Of a stretch of DNA of 64,000 nt, positions 40,556 through 54,563 are shown piece after piece. The notes below the pieces were generated by a model. It saw nothing but the letters and a program-made list of their open reading frames with translations. It ran no database searches and was not told the DNA's origin. Position numbers and translations under genes: made by a program. Numbering within the stretch: position 1 is the first letter of the stretch; each line of letters begins with the position of its first letter. The stretch comes from Octopus vulgaris (Eukaryota): positions 62,682,001 to 62,746,000 of the forward strand of contig OX597817.1 of NCBI GenBank assembly GCA_951406725.2. Reading direction: 5' to 3'.

Positions 40556-40829
40556 CGATTTATTCTTTCAAGCATTAGACTGGTCATGCCAGTGGTTCAC
40601 CGCCTTTAGTTGAACAAATCGAGCACCGTATATACTTCTTTTAAATATGGTATTTATCAGGCTCATTTCTCGAAACACAGAATTACTAGGACGGAGACAG
40701 GTTAACCCCGGCTGTCAAGCGTGGATGGGTGAAAACACAATTTTTAAACACAACTCACACACACATACACACACACACACACATTCATACATACGTACAT
40801 AATTAAAAATTAGAAGATACATACACATA

Positions 40830-43800
40830 TTTTTTTAAGGATTGCGGGTATTCTGGGTCACCACCGTTTTATTTTATTACACTTTATCTAAACCTCTCCT
40901 GATATGTGACATTTCGTGGATGAGGGAGTTTGATGCTGCTGCCCTCATCTGTGTTGCTTGTCATCCAGAAATTTTGACAAACAAAGATCTTAGTTTTGTT
41001 TTGAATAAACCTACATCCATGCCATGCAGGACTCAGACTTTGAAGGTTTGTGGATCTTTGAAGCTCAAGCTGTTGCAGTATCTGGTCCTGTATCCTGATG
41101 GAAATGTTGGGACATTTGGTATCATGCAGTGGCGACCCATCCCGCTCTTTGTATAAGTAACAATACCAAAGTTTGGAACAAGTTCTTCTGGGATTTTCCA
41201 AATGTATATTACAGTATATTTTAACTGCCTATATCCCAGTAGCTGTTTGGTGACCACAGTTGGGAGTAGTACTCGAGATGGATGAGAACGACAGTCCTGC
41301 AGAGGACCATCATGGTTTCCTTTTCTCGTGTTTTAAAGTTCGAAGGATGCTCCCGGCCACGCGTCTGCAACTTATTAAAGTGCACTTGGAGAAATGCATT
41401 ATTACTCATGTCGATGCCCAGGTCACAGACTAATTTCGCTTCAGGTATAGGAATCTTTCTTGGTCCAGTGTATCCTATTTACTTTTCATTGCGCTTCCTA
41501 TGTTAGTAGTGCAGGGCTTGGAATTAATTAGCATTAAGCTGCATGTCATTTTCCTCAGCCCACCTATATATTGCGTCCAACTCACGATGTGAGGATCTGT
41601 ATCCTCTGAGAGACTTTTGTATCGTCTGCATGGCTAGCAAGGTTAGCTACTTGAGCAGCTGAGGGCATGTCAGAGAGGGCCACTATGAATAGCAGTGGCC
41701 CCAGGACAATGCTCTGTGGAACACCACTCATTATTTTCTTGGAGGTGACCCCATTGACCACCACTACCTGACTTCTCTCTTTTAGAAAGTCACGTAGCCA
41801 TTCGCCAAATTTTCCAGATATGTCAAGATTTCGGAGCTTCTGACAAATCATACCATGGTCTATTTGGTCAAAAGCTTTGCAAAGTCGAGGTATATCACTT
41901 CCACATTTGAGTTTTTGAGCAGCTGATTTAGCACCCAATCGTAATGCTGCAAGAGCTATGTCAGACAGTTTCTACTTGAAATGCTTGGTGTCCGTCAACA
42001 CGTTATTCTCTTCAAGGAATGCAATAAATTTCCTTCGGACTATTCATTCTATGATTTTGCTGATGTGTGAGATCAGAGAGATAGATTTTAGCATCTACTC
42101 TGCTTCCTCCTTTATGGATAGGACATATCGTTCCCTCCTATAGTTTGTTCTGGAGCTCACCATTTGCGAGGAAGCTCTAAAAAAAGTAGCTGCAATGGTT
42201 TTGCAAGGACTCGTTTGCATGATTGAGTAAAATTGCTGGGAATCCATCAGAGCCAGCAGCTGAGTTTGCATCTATATAATCTTTTGCAAGCATTACATCC
42301 TTTTCTTCGATGTTGGTGTAACCAATTCTTATTGCCTTCCGTTCAGCTTTTGTAGCAATAAAGAATTCTACAGGTTTGCTAATTAGCATGTGCCGTAGGG
42401 ATGACGTGAAGACAATTTAGAACTGTTCATTCAGTGTTTCACTTATCCTCATTAGGTTTCCCGTGAAGGAGCCATCTTTTTGGAGGAGTGGCCCTACCTT
42501 GCAATGCACAGATGCAGTCTCCTTGGCGTACCTAAAGAAGCCATTAGGATCTGATTTTATATTTCATATGACACAGGCTTCTCTCTCTGATCTTTCTTTC
42601 TCATGGAAGTGCTTCAGTTATTTCTCAATCTCCAACAGTGCTGTTTCCAGGTAGGGTTTCCCACTGCCGTTGCGTTCTTTTTTTTAGGCGGTTTGCAATC
42701 TTTGTACACTGTCTCATAAGAACTTTCCTCTCCGTATTTTTATGTGCCTTGGCCCTTGTCTCTGGGACAAACTCTAGCATTATGGCTTGCATTACAGACA
42801 TGAAAGTTTTCAATGTCATGTCTATGTCAGGTGTAGAGAGACATTGGGACTAGTCCTGTTTGGTGATCTCTCTCTCCATTAGTTTCGGGTCTGCTTTGTA
42901 GTAGTTCAGACTGGTTAGGTTGTGGGTGATTCTCATAGGCTGCATATATGTGGGTTGATCCATACATGGTCAGCTCTATTATGTTGTGATCCGAGATTAG
43001 CATCGGTGTCACTTTCACATTATAGATGAGATCCACATTTTTGTGAAGCACAGATCAAGTACATTGTTTGCTCTGATTGGTTGGAGTATTATTTGCTCCA
43101 TACATAAATTGTTGGTGTGGTTGAGTAGGGATTAGACCTGACTTCATTGTGTCCTTCCTCAGAGGAAAAGACCTTCGGGCCATTTCATATTGGATAGGTT
43201 GAAGTCTCACATGAGAAGTACACTGATGTGCTTTTCTATTGTGGTTAAGACCTCTTCTATTCTTGCAAGGCAGTCTATGAATACGCCCATGGGATTTGGG
43301 GCATCTGGTGAGCGATATTTTTACATATAATTATGTCAAGTTGTCTTATATGTACAATTAGTATGTCACACACTGAGTTTGAGTGGAACAAAAGGATCTG
43401 GTGTGTGGGATCTTCACGGTGGTACATGGAACTCTACCATGGCCCCTGTCTTTTCTATAGCTTCACAATATCACGTACTTTGGTATGTGTATTTCTGCAT
43501 CTGCGATGTCGGATGTTAAGTGTGTTTTAGTGAGTACTATTCATAAGGCTTGATTACATGTCACTAGATCTCTAAGGAAGGTAATTTTAGTTCTGTTACT
43601 GAGTTGTAACAGTTCTCCTCTTACATTTGCTAATATATTGGTGTGACTTCTGTGCTGGCGCAAGCGATGGCCACCCTAGATCCATTGGTTGTTGCAGTCT
43701 TGCGTATTGGTGGGGATGTGAGGAAGCCAATACTGTGGAATTGATGAAGCCAAGTTAATTGTTGCACAATCTTTTGAGCCATGCATAAAAAGAGACTTTT

Positions 43801-44600
43801 GCTCAGCTGCAACCCTTTTAATGGCTTCTGGGTAGGACTGGAGTTTTGAGGTAGTGTGCACTACATAGGCATATTTTAACTTTGATGCAGTTGATGCACG
43901 ACTTATTACTCTGAACAGTCTTCCTGTGTCTTTTGGCGAAAGGCATTTGCTTTTGGTCTGCCTGGTGTATGGTTCTGGATGCAGGAAGCGGCAGTTTGCA
44001 CCATCATGTCTATGCAAGCTGTCACCACGCAGGAATAATTTAGACACTTGTGTGCGATTCCTTACTGTTTGTGACTTTGCATATTGATTGTATAACGTTT
44101 GCACTTTACTTAGAGTCGCTCTTGTTTTTTACTTCTAACGTCATCTTTTTTCTTCTTTTATCTTTATTTTTTAAACTTTTATTGGTTCTTTCGTACTTTT
44201 GTATGTTGATATTGGTTGTGATAGGGCCATCAGTGCTGGTGTCTTCTTCCTTGTCAGGTCTCTCAATTTAGCGTTTTCATTTCAGGTGCGTTCCCTTGTA
44301 GATCAATGGGGCTAGGGGAATATCTATCACTCACATAAGGGTCTCCAATCTTGTCATCCTTTTTTAGTTCCTGCTTAAATATAGTGACCAACGTGCTAAT
44401 GTGAGGTCTGGTGAGAGCATAGGAGCTGGGGTTTTTTCGCTCTATCTGAGCTGTGGTCCTTATATAGCCATTGCTTATTAGAGCTGCTGTTATGTTATTT
44501 GGATTGGCCCCTTCGGCTATTTACCATCCTTTCAGTAAGAGTTACAGTTCTTCACTGACACAGTTCTGAGACATCCTTAGCCTGCCGTTTCCTTCTGTAT
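40830..44600 (-). mobile_element. Near full-length decayed CR1/L2-group LINE (ORF1 with Cys/His motif, APE endonuclease, RT)
   Basis: KAFDQIDHG..WLRDFLKERSQVVVVNG..SGVPQSIVLGPLLFI..HADDTK. Also SAAGSDGFPAILL, ISDHNII (APE), LEYYSQLWSP, and ORF1 DGANCRFLHP. Confidence 0.92.
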
Positions 44601-44778
44601 ATATTTAAAGAAAGGTTTAGATCAGGAGAGATAGGGAGAAAGAAAGAGAGGTGCAAGTTGTATTGATGTATGCGTACACAGATGGAAGAGGTATTAGTTG
44701 GGACAGGGGAAAACGATCTGTCTTTGAGTATATATCTATAAACTTTATATAGGCATATTCCCGTATACACACATGTTC

Positions 44779-44824
<46 letters not shown>

Positions 44825-45721
44825 GCGATGTATGAGTGCACACGTGAGAGGTATTAGTTGATTTAGTGAAGAAAAATCTGTCTTTGAGTGTATAGCTATA
44901 ATCATTTTATAATCATATTCCCATATGCACACATGTTCAATAGATAAGTATAGAAGGAGGAATGGAGAGAGAGAGAGTGAGAGTGTGTATATGTGCTTGC
45001 GCGCGCGTGCTAGAGAGAGAAATTGTGTGTATGTGCTACAGAGAGAGAGTCATGGGAGAGAAAGAAACCGAAAGGAATTCAGAAATTAATCAATTAATCA
45101 TTGTAGAATCTTATATTCTGGGGTCGTGAGTGTAAAGGAAAATGGAATTTAAATAGAATTTATTTCTCTTCGTAAAATTTCAGTTGATTGAAGCATTAAT
45201 TCAAAGCTCAGATTCTAAAATGATTTCTATATAAAGACCCGTGTTGTTAAATAATTAAGTACGCAACTGGTTTTTGCCTGGAAATCTAAAGGCCCCTTTA
45301 TGTTTATATATAAAGAAAATAAGGCCGCGTAAGATGTTGATTAGTTTAGTGTTATAAATAAATCCACTACTTGTAAACAAAGGCGTACTTAATTGAAAAT
45401 TGTTGAGTTTCGATAAATTGTAATGACCAAATAGCAAAAATTGTGTATATCCGGGAGGGTTTACTTCACTTATTTTCTAAGAGAATCCAGTTTTTAAGTG
45501 TGTAAGTTGGGAAATTTCGACCTTTGGTTTAATTTCCACAGCAGTTTTAATAAACGTGGTTGTATAATATAATACACGTGGTAATATAAGAGTTTTTATG
45601 CAAACAAACACAAAGACTTCGTAATTTTCACACTTTATACACACACACACAGATATCATATATATATATATATAAATAAATGTGTGAATTTTTCCCTTGT
45701 TAACAACTAACACGGAAAAAA

Positions 45722-45786
<65 letters not shown>

Positions 45787-46125
45787 ACAATTGAGGGTAA
45801 AATTAATTAATTAATCAATTTCACCAAGTGTTCAGTATGTAAAAGGACCATTTAAGGCGAATTCAAAATATTACATTATATAATTAGGGCTTAGTAAAAT
45901 AAATTACTTTGCCACATACTGAACTTAGTAGAAATAGCAGCCAAAAATTTTCTTAGCATTTCTACTACTTAAAGAAAATTTCTCTCAGATAATGTTTACT
46001 CCAGACAGTTCACGAAGGTTTGGGGGTAAATACAGAAAAATATCGGAGTGGTTCATCTGAAGCGACAACTTCGCTGATAGGTAAAGTTCCTTCTTTTTAG
46101 TGTTTCCAAATCCAAATTAAGAAAT

Positions 46126-46188
46126 TTTGAGCTGACGAAAGAAATGCTAATTTTATTTGGCTAATCTTGAAACGTTAACGTACTCAAA
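46126..46188 (+). ncRNA. Canonical type-I hammerhead ribozyme, tandem copy 1
   Basis: tttgag CTGACGA aaga aatgctaattttatttggctaa tctt GAAA cgttaacg TA ctcaaa. Predicted cut after 46182. Confidence 0.92.
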
Positions 46189-46688
46189 CGATCTATGTAC
46201 TTGTGATATTTTTCTGTATTTACCCCCAAACCTTCGTGAGCTGTCTGGAGTAAACATTATCTGAGAGAAATTTTCTTTAAGTAGTAGAAATGCTAAGAAA
46301 ATTTTTTGGCTGCTATTTCTACTAAGTTCAGTATGTGGCAAAGTAATTTATTTTACTAAGCCCTAATTATATAATGTAATATTTTGAATTCGCCTTAAAT
46401 GGTCCTTTTACATACTGAACACTTGGTGAAATTGATTAATTAATTAATTTTACCCTCAATTGTTGATATTATAATTCATTTCTCTCGGTCATACTGCCTC
46501 GGTTCTCGCGGTTAAAATATAATGTTTGCTGGATAGACCACGTGGGTGGAATGGGGAGTGCAGAATTTTACGCCTGCGCATTTTGAATTTGTTGACACTG
46601 TTTAGTCGGAGTGGTTCATCTGAAGCGACAACTTCGCTGATAGGTAAAGTTCCTTCTTTTTAGTGTTTCCAAATCCAAATTAAGAAAT

Positions 46689-46751
46689 TTTGAGCTGACG
46701 AAAGAAATGCTGATTTTATTTGGCTAATCTTGAAACGTTAACGTACTCAAA
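46689..46751 (+). ncRNA. Canonical type-I hammerhead ribozyme, tandem copy 2
   Basis: Same as copy 1 with one loop substitution. Predicted cut after 46745. Confidence 0.92.
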
Positions 46752-46936
46752 CGATCTATGTACTTGTGATATTTTTCTGTATTTACCCCCAAACCTTCGT
46801 GAGCTGTCTGGAGTAAACATTATCTGAGAGAAATTTTCTTTAAGTAGTAGAAATGCTAAGAAAATTTTTTGGCTGCTATTTCTACTAAGTTCAGTATGTG
46901 GCAAAGTAATTTATTTTACTAAGCCCTAATTATATA

Positions 46937-46985
<49 letters not shown>

Positions 46986-47042
46986 CATGCATACATGTAC
47001 ATACTCACTCATATATGTATACTTTCACACATGCGCGCACAC

Positions 47043-47118
<76 letters not shown>

Positions 47119-47289
47119 GGGGGTATTTGTATAGGGTACAATTATACTTAAGGCTACAGAAGATACCATGTCTATATATTGAATGTAGACGCCAAGAACG
47201 TTGAACCACTGTAGATATTCACTCCACGCATGTACAATTGTTGAAAGCGGAAAGCAAACTGACTAATAATTCATAAAATAATTCAGACA

Positions 47290-47346
47290 GTTTTGGATCG
47301 ATTAATTTCTGGGTTAGTTTGATAACTTTTCCTTCATCAGCAAAAC
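47290..47346 (-). ncRNA. Hammerhead-like motif inside a small inverted-repeat element (arms ~47212-47278 and 47523-47589)
   Basis: Reverse complement: gttttg CTGATGA a ggaaaagttatcaaactaaccc a GAAA ttaatcga TC caaaac. 6-bp stem I, stems II and III partly decayed. Confidence 0.6.
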
Positions 47347-47714
47347 ATACAGAGTGAAATAAATGAAAATATTTATACATACCCACAGAAAAGCACACGC
47401 AAAATGAGAGTACATACAAACATTCACAAATATATAAGCATCGAATTTCGCAGTCCACCTCAACACATGTGTACTTCGTCAGAATACTACAGAAGTAAAT
47501 AAACTGACCCGAAGTGAATTAATTTATGAATTTTTAGTCAGTCTGCTTTCCCGCTTTCAACCTATGTATATAAGTGGAGTCAATATCTGCAACACACACA
47601 CACAAACACAATTCAATTAGATGTTAAATTGGCTTCATTTTTTATTAAATTAGATATTCCAGTTTCTTACTTTCCTTTGAATAACCTTGGTTTGTACATA
47701 ACTCTATTGTTTTA

Positions 47715-47781
<67 letters not shown>

Positions 47782-47784
<3 letters not shown>

Positions 47785-48455
47785 GGGTTGGACAAAATAA
47801 TGGAAACATTAAAAATTCAATCGAATTTATTTTAATATGGGTAGGACACCCTTTGACGGTAATTACAGCTTGAATTCTATGAGGTATGGACTCATACAAA
47901 GTTTTAATTATTTCCAAAGCAATATTTGTCCATTCTTCAGCTAAAACAGTCTCCAGTTCTTGTAGTGATGATGGTGGTGGATATCGACTCCTTACTTGTT
48001 TTTCTAAAATGCACCATAAATGTTCAATAATATTGAGATCTGGGGACTGTGGTGGCCAGATAAGATGTTCAACTTTACTAGAATTTTACTAGCGCCATTC
48101 AGTAACAATTTTAGCTGTGTGAATTGGTGCATTATCATCCTGAAAGATTGCGTTTCACTCCGGAAACAGTTCCGCGACCATAAGATAAATCTGATCAGAT
48201 GAAATGCTTAAATAGTCCTGACTATTAATTTTGCCATGAAGGGAAACCATTGGGCCGGCGGATTTCCAAGATATAGCCCTCACCCACCCCAGATCATCAC
48301 AGATCCTCCTCCATGTTTAACAGTCGGAAAAAGGCAGTCTGGGTCAAATGCTTCTTTTGGCTGTCTCCACACGTATACTCGACCGGTGGTCGGAAATATG
48401 GTAAAGGATGACACGTCCGAAAAAATAACATTCTTCCACTGCTCTAGAGACCAAT
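47782..48455 (-). mobile_element. Tc1 transposon 3' half
   Basis: TIR caggggttggacaaaataatggaaaca after TA. Minus strand reads WPPQSPDLNIIEHLWC and LYESIPHRIQAVITVKGCPT. Truncated by a family B SINE. Confidence 0.88.
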
Positions 48456-48571
48456 TAGTACTTATTCTATCGATAACTTTGCCGAACCCCTAATTCACGG
48501 GGATATAAGCACACCAACATCGGTTGTCAAGCGATGATGGTGGGACAAACACAGACACACACAGACACACA

Positions 48572-48633
<62 letters not shown>

Positions 48634-48878
48634 CATGACTGGCTTCTTTCAGCTTCCATCTACCAAATTATTCACAAGGTTTTGGTCATCGCGAGGCTAT
48701 AGTTGAATACACTTGCAAAATGTGCTACGTTGTGGGACTGAACTCGTAATCATGTGATTGGGAAGCAAGCTTCTTACCACATAGCCATGTCTATACAACG
48801 AGCTCTTCTCAGTTTCTATCAACAAAACTACTTAAAAGGGTCTGGTTGACCCCACGACTTATTGTACTTATGCGTGAC

Positions 48879-48929
<51 letters not shown>

Positions 48930-49518
48930 TTATCAATATAAAATTACACGGGTTTTCCTCAACAGCTGTTACACAAACTGTAGTCAGTAAGCGGAACTCC
49001 ATACAGCCAGTATGGTAATTACAATATGTCTGCTATCTGCGTAATTTCATAATAGTGCAGAACTAAATTAATTAATTTGCAGAAATATATAAGTATTTAT
49101 GACCAATTTATTGTTCATGCGTGTAACGAAAATAATATTTAATATTTTCCATAGCATTTAGTTAACGAGCAAGATATACATGCTTCCAATCCTACGTGGG
49201 TGATGTACGGGAATCCAAACCTACATAGAAAGATAATACACACCATTATGTGAGTAATGATATTTTAATGACAATTACATAATAGCAATTTATTGAATAC
49301 AGATATGCTGACGTTATTGTTGTAGTCCTTAGCATGGCTCTTAAAACAAACGTTGCTTGAAATTGTTTTATAGACAATTAAACCTCAGATAATATATCAT
49401 TATTTCAGAACTTTAACTCTAAAATATTCGCCAAACATTAATTGCTAGGTTAATTATGCATCAGAACCTATGTTTTATTGATAATAAAACCTTGTATGGT
49501 GAAATATATAAACTTATA

Positions 49519-49933
49519 AGGCGGCGAACTGACAGAATCGTCAGCACGCCGGACGAAATGCGTAACCGTATTTCGTCTGCCGTTACGTTCTGAGTTCAAA
49601 TTCCGCTGAGGTCGACTTTGCTTTTCATCCTTTCGGGGTCGATAAATTAAGTACCAGGTACGCACTGGGGTCGATGTAATCGACTTAATCCGTTTGTCTG
49701 TCCTTGTTTGTCCTCTCCGTGTTTAGCCCCTTGTGGGTAATAAAGAAATAAGTATTTCGTCTGCCGTTACGTTCTGAGTTCAAATTCCGCTGAGGTCGAC
49801 TTTGCCTTTCATCCTTTTGGGGTCGATAAATTAAGTACCAGTTACGCACTGGGGTCGATATAATCGACTTAATCCGTCTGTCTCTCCTTGTTTGTCTCCT
49901 CTGTGTTTAGCCCCTTGTGGGTAGTAAAGAAAT
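49519..49933 (+). mobile_element. SINE family A with internal tandem duplication
   Basis: Head plus two ~180-bp core/tail units. Confidence 0.88.
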
Positions 49934-51333
49934 AGAAATATAAAAGCTTATATATTTATGGTATTTAAATTCTTAGGGTAAATACTGTTCACCCTCTTGT
50001 CCAAAGAAATCGGTTTATAGATCTGAGTCAATGGAAGCTCCGGGGAATTCTTCGGAATCATCCTTGATTTCTGAAACAGGCACAAATGCCTCAAACTGAG
50101 GGGAGGGAACAACTGATTACATCGACTTATTTTAACGATCTCCGAAGGAATGAAAAATGAAGTTAACATCAACGGTAAATGAAAGCAGATCCTAAAGAGC
50201 TAGAATTAAAGAATTCGGAATATTCTCTACAATTCACTTGTGAAACAGTAAAGTTATTTTATGCTCACCATCAACAACATGCAAGCGCCATGCGATGTCA
50301 ATCGCGTTCTTCTCATTCCACCTGCCTGTTCAGATGAAAGTTAACCTTACTCTAACTTTTGATTTGATAAGGGACTTTTTGAGCCGAAATATCATTATAT
50401 AAGGAAGTGTAATCTTTTGAGTTTGGTTGCGTTTTCACTTCTTTATTGCTCGGAAAAAGTTAGATAAACAGACTGGCGAAGAATTAAAAAGATAGATATA
50501 GATATAGATATATGCAAACGCACATACACACACACACATACTCATACACACACACACACACACACACACACTCATACACACACATGTATACATATATGTA
50601 TATATACATATATACATGTGTATATACGTATGTGATTTCTCATTATTGCGAGGTGAATGGACTGGAGCAACGTGAAATGAAGTGTTTTGCTTGCTCAAGA
50701 AGACAACACATAACACAGTCCAGAAATCGAAGTCACAATCTTACATTCAAGAGAACAACAAACAAAAGACAGGTCCACGCACCTCCAATCACACATACGT
50801 ACATGCATACATATATACATATGTATTTATGTATATATATATATATATATGTGTGTGTATGTATGTATGTATGTATGTATATATATGCATATATTCACAC
50901 ACACATAGAGTACCTTCGATCTACATTCCAAGAGGAAGATTAATTTCATTCCGATATTTGGAAAATCTCAAATGCTGAATAACACTGCTTAAAAACTTGG
51001 AACTTTCTCTGTGTGTGTGTGTGTGTGTGTGTGTCTGTGTGAATGTGTGTGTGCGCGTGTGTGTGTGTGCATGTGTGTGTGCATGTGTGTGTGCATGTGT
51101 GTGTATGTTTCTCTGAGTATGATCGTGTATGTGTGCGTTTTCGCGTTTGTGTGTGTATGTGTGTGTCTGTATATATTTATTCATATATGCATAAATATAT
51201 ATATATATATGTATTTACACATACATATACATATAGGTGTTTGTACGTATGTATGTATGTATGTATCTATTACGTATGTATGTATGTATATTAGACCCCT
51301 TTTTGTATCTCCTTCGCTTCCCAAATTCTCTAA

Positions 51334-51366
51334 TATCTGAAGACGAACTCTGTCCGAAACGTAATA
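51334..51366 (+). ncRNA. Ultra-minimal hammerhead motif
   Basis: tat CTGAAGA c gaac tct gtcc GAAA cg TA ata. One stem II mismatch. Same family as 21576-21610. Confidence 0.6.
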
Positions 51367-53745
51367 CATTATGCTCTTTCCATACTTCCTTGAGCATCAA
51401 ACACAAAACATTGACAAAGAATGCTTCTTGTACTTCTTTTGGGATTTTGTATTTTCTTAATATATTTGATAGACAGACAGATAGACATACTCAAGCACGC
51501 ATTATAGCGGTAACTTGGTATAATCCCGAATAATGTTAGATCCTCTCCTTAATGTAATCAGCCGGTTAATATAATCTAACAGAATTGCTGGCAAAATGAT
51601 CACAAGAAGCGTCTTCCAGTTTTTGTGCGTCCATATATTTTAAAGCGCCCATATGTATGGATAGCAATAATTTTCAGTTTGGTATTCTGTCGTATGCAAT
51701 TAGTTTCTATGAATGCCACAGACTATTATGGATGAGTTTTACTTGAGAGAAGATAACATATGAACTTTTCTACATAAGTATACAAACATTACCTTTACTT
51801 TAACATTCTCTAACATACATACGTAACTGAATGAACCAGACATGATTTCCGTGCAGTCTAGCTTACTTGCATGCGATCAAATTATGCACACTTTGACAGA
51901 ATTGTAAAACTGAACAAACGCATGACAAAATAGATTTCAAGCTGTGAATAACATTAAATTTAATCACGACGAAATGTTTCGAAACATTTAATAACAATCA
52001 TTGTCCACCGAAAATTAGATATTAATTAATTAGTGCATAGAAAAATTTATCATGGCTAAGAATATAGGTTTCTCATCACCCATTGTTATTTGATAGTATA
52101 AAATGAGACACGCTCTGTTTTGGAGGTCAGCCACCCATTTGAGGTCACTCTGGAATGCAGTTACTGCAGGTAAACAGTATTTGAACCACAATATCTGAAA
52201 TATATCATGTAGTTATTGTTGCTGCGGTTGTGTTCAGTTTAAGGGATTGTTGTTTTTTTATTCCCATAGCATCCTTATGATGTAGTGTGCATCTCGTTAT
52301 ATTTGGGGCAGTGTGCATCAACAAGGACATCACCTAGTGTATCGTTGCTCTTATAAAAGAAGATATGATTATGTAACAACTATATCTAGTATGTCAAGCC
52401 GCCACGTAAAGGCCTTTAAAGTGTTCACACACCATTGATAAACAGATATGATGTCGGCATTTTTGACATGCGGGATGACTAATGATGATTCAAGAAACTA
52501 TTTTCCAATATCCAGGTGGCTTCCAGTTCTCCATTTCAGCCAACTTTTTTCTCAACTGCAACTTTAATCTTTATGCGCTCCAACGTCGGTGACCGGTTAC
52601 CGATACACGAAGCTGCTCCTGACAAAAGAACACCTAAAAATGTATCAAATTTTGTCAAAACACTCTGTATGTTAGAAACAAAAAAAGAAGAAATTAGGAC
52701 CTCAAGCCAACCAATATTTTCTTAATTTGCATTTTACTCAACATATGAAAACTGGCTCCTGGTAAAGTATTCAGTGAAAATTTTCACAAAGCTGTCAGGG
52801 AGAAGCGTTCAATATTATTGATAGTTATTCAATAAGGTGTGAGAAAGGATCAGAGAAAGAATTATGTTTGGGAAACCTCTCAAAACAACAAGAAATATAA
52901 CTGTTGACAAAGCAGTTAAATATTTGACAAATACGCGATAAAAGCTTGACACATACTCCTGGGGAAAGGTGAGGAATTCAGGAAAAAGATATACTTGACA
53001 AAACAGCAGCATATTTGCTTGCGGTTACCATAAAAATATTTCAGACTTTGAGCGAAAACTTTGAGAAATGACAGTATCTGCATGAATACATACATACATA
53101 CATACATACATACATACATACATACATACATACATACATACATACGTACGTATGTATGTATGTATGTATGTATGTATGTATGTATGTATGTATGTATGTA
53201 TGTATATATGCATACATATATTGATTGTTCTGTAAATAGGCTATATCTTTAATGTGAATAATGGCGTGTTCGATTTGAAGGAGTCATATCCACACGCGTT
53301 CCATGTCCAATACCGTCTCACACACACATGCGTATACACACATGTATATGCACACACGTATGCACACACACAGACACGTTTACATACGCACATACGTACA
53401 TACACACTAATATATATATACATATATATATAAATATATTCATATATGTATATATTTATATATATACATGTACATACATATATTAATGTATATATATATG
53501 TACACACACAGATACACACACAGATACACACACAGACACACACACACGCACACAAATATATGTCTCGAGCGTGCGTGCGTTTGAGCATGTGTGTGAGGCG
53601 CAAACGTATCCGCATTTAGCATGCATAACATTCCTGACAGGTATTTGTCTTTGCCCTGTTGTTCACATTCATAATCCACATCACTAACTTTTGTGCACAT
53701 ATATACATACACACACACGCTCGCACACACGCACATACACACACA

Positions 53746-53857
<112 letters not shown>

Positions 53858-54200
53858 CATATTGATATTGATATTTATATATATATATACACGCATCTTT
53901 TATGCGTGCGTTTGAGTATGTTTGTTGCTGTATCCTTATATCTAATAAGTGTACCCTGAACTCATATCAAGTTTTCACGCCGAAATGCAGTTTTCGACGT
54001 TAATCCAAGTGGATTGAAATATTTTTAACAAAGGCGAAGAAAACTTAATGGAATCGTCACAGATTACTATCTACATGGATAACAGCACTAAACATGGATT
54101 TATTGATATGGTTCTGAAAGGAATTTAGAATAATAATAATATCAACAGTAATAACAATAGTAATAATAATAATAACAACAACAACAACAACAACATCAAC

Positions 54201-54240
<40 letters not shown>

Positions 54241-54299
54241 TATACATAGCTCCTAAAATTGCTCAACACCCAATGGCTTCTTACGTAATAGACACAAAT

Positions 54300-54563
54300 G
54301 TATTTATGTATGTATATATATACATACATATGCATACATACATGCATACATACATACATATATACATACATACATACATACATACATACATAGATACATA
54401 CATACATAGATACATACATACATACATACATACATACATAGATACATACATACATACATACATACATACATACATACATACATACATACATACATACATA
54501 CATACATACATACATACATACATACATACATACATACATACATACATACATACATACATACAT
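54300..54563. repeat. (TACA)n microsatellite
   Basis: Direct reading. Confidence 0.95.

Larger units (their letters stand above)
45781..46938 (+). mobile_element. Non-coding Penelope/retrozyme-like insertion: 264-bp inverted arm plus 563-nt-period tandem repeat, within (TA)n
   Basis: 45781-46044 is the reverse complement of 46205-46469. 46043-46375 is repeated at 46606-46938, and identical ORFs in the track are offset by 563. Confidence 0.9.
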
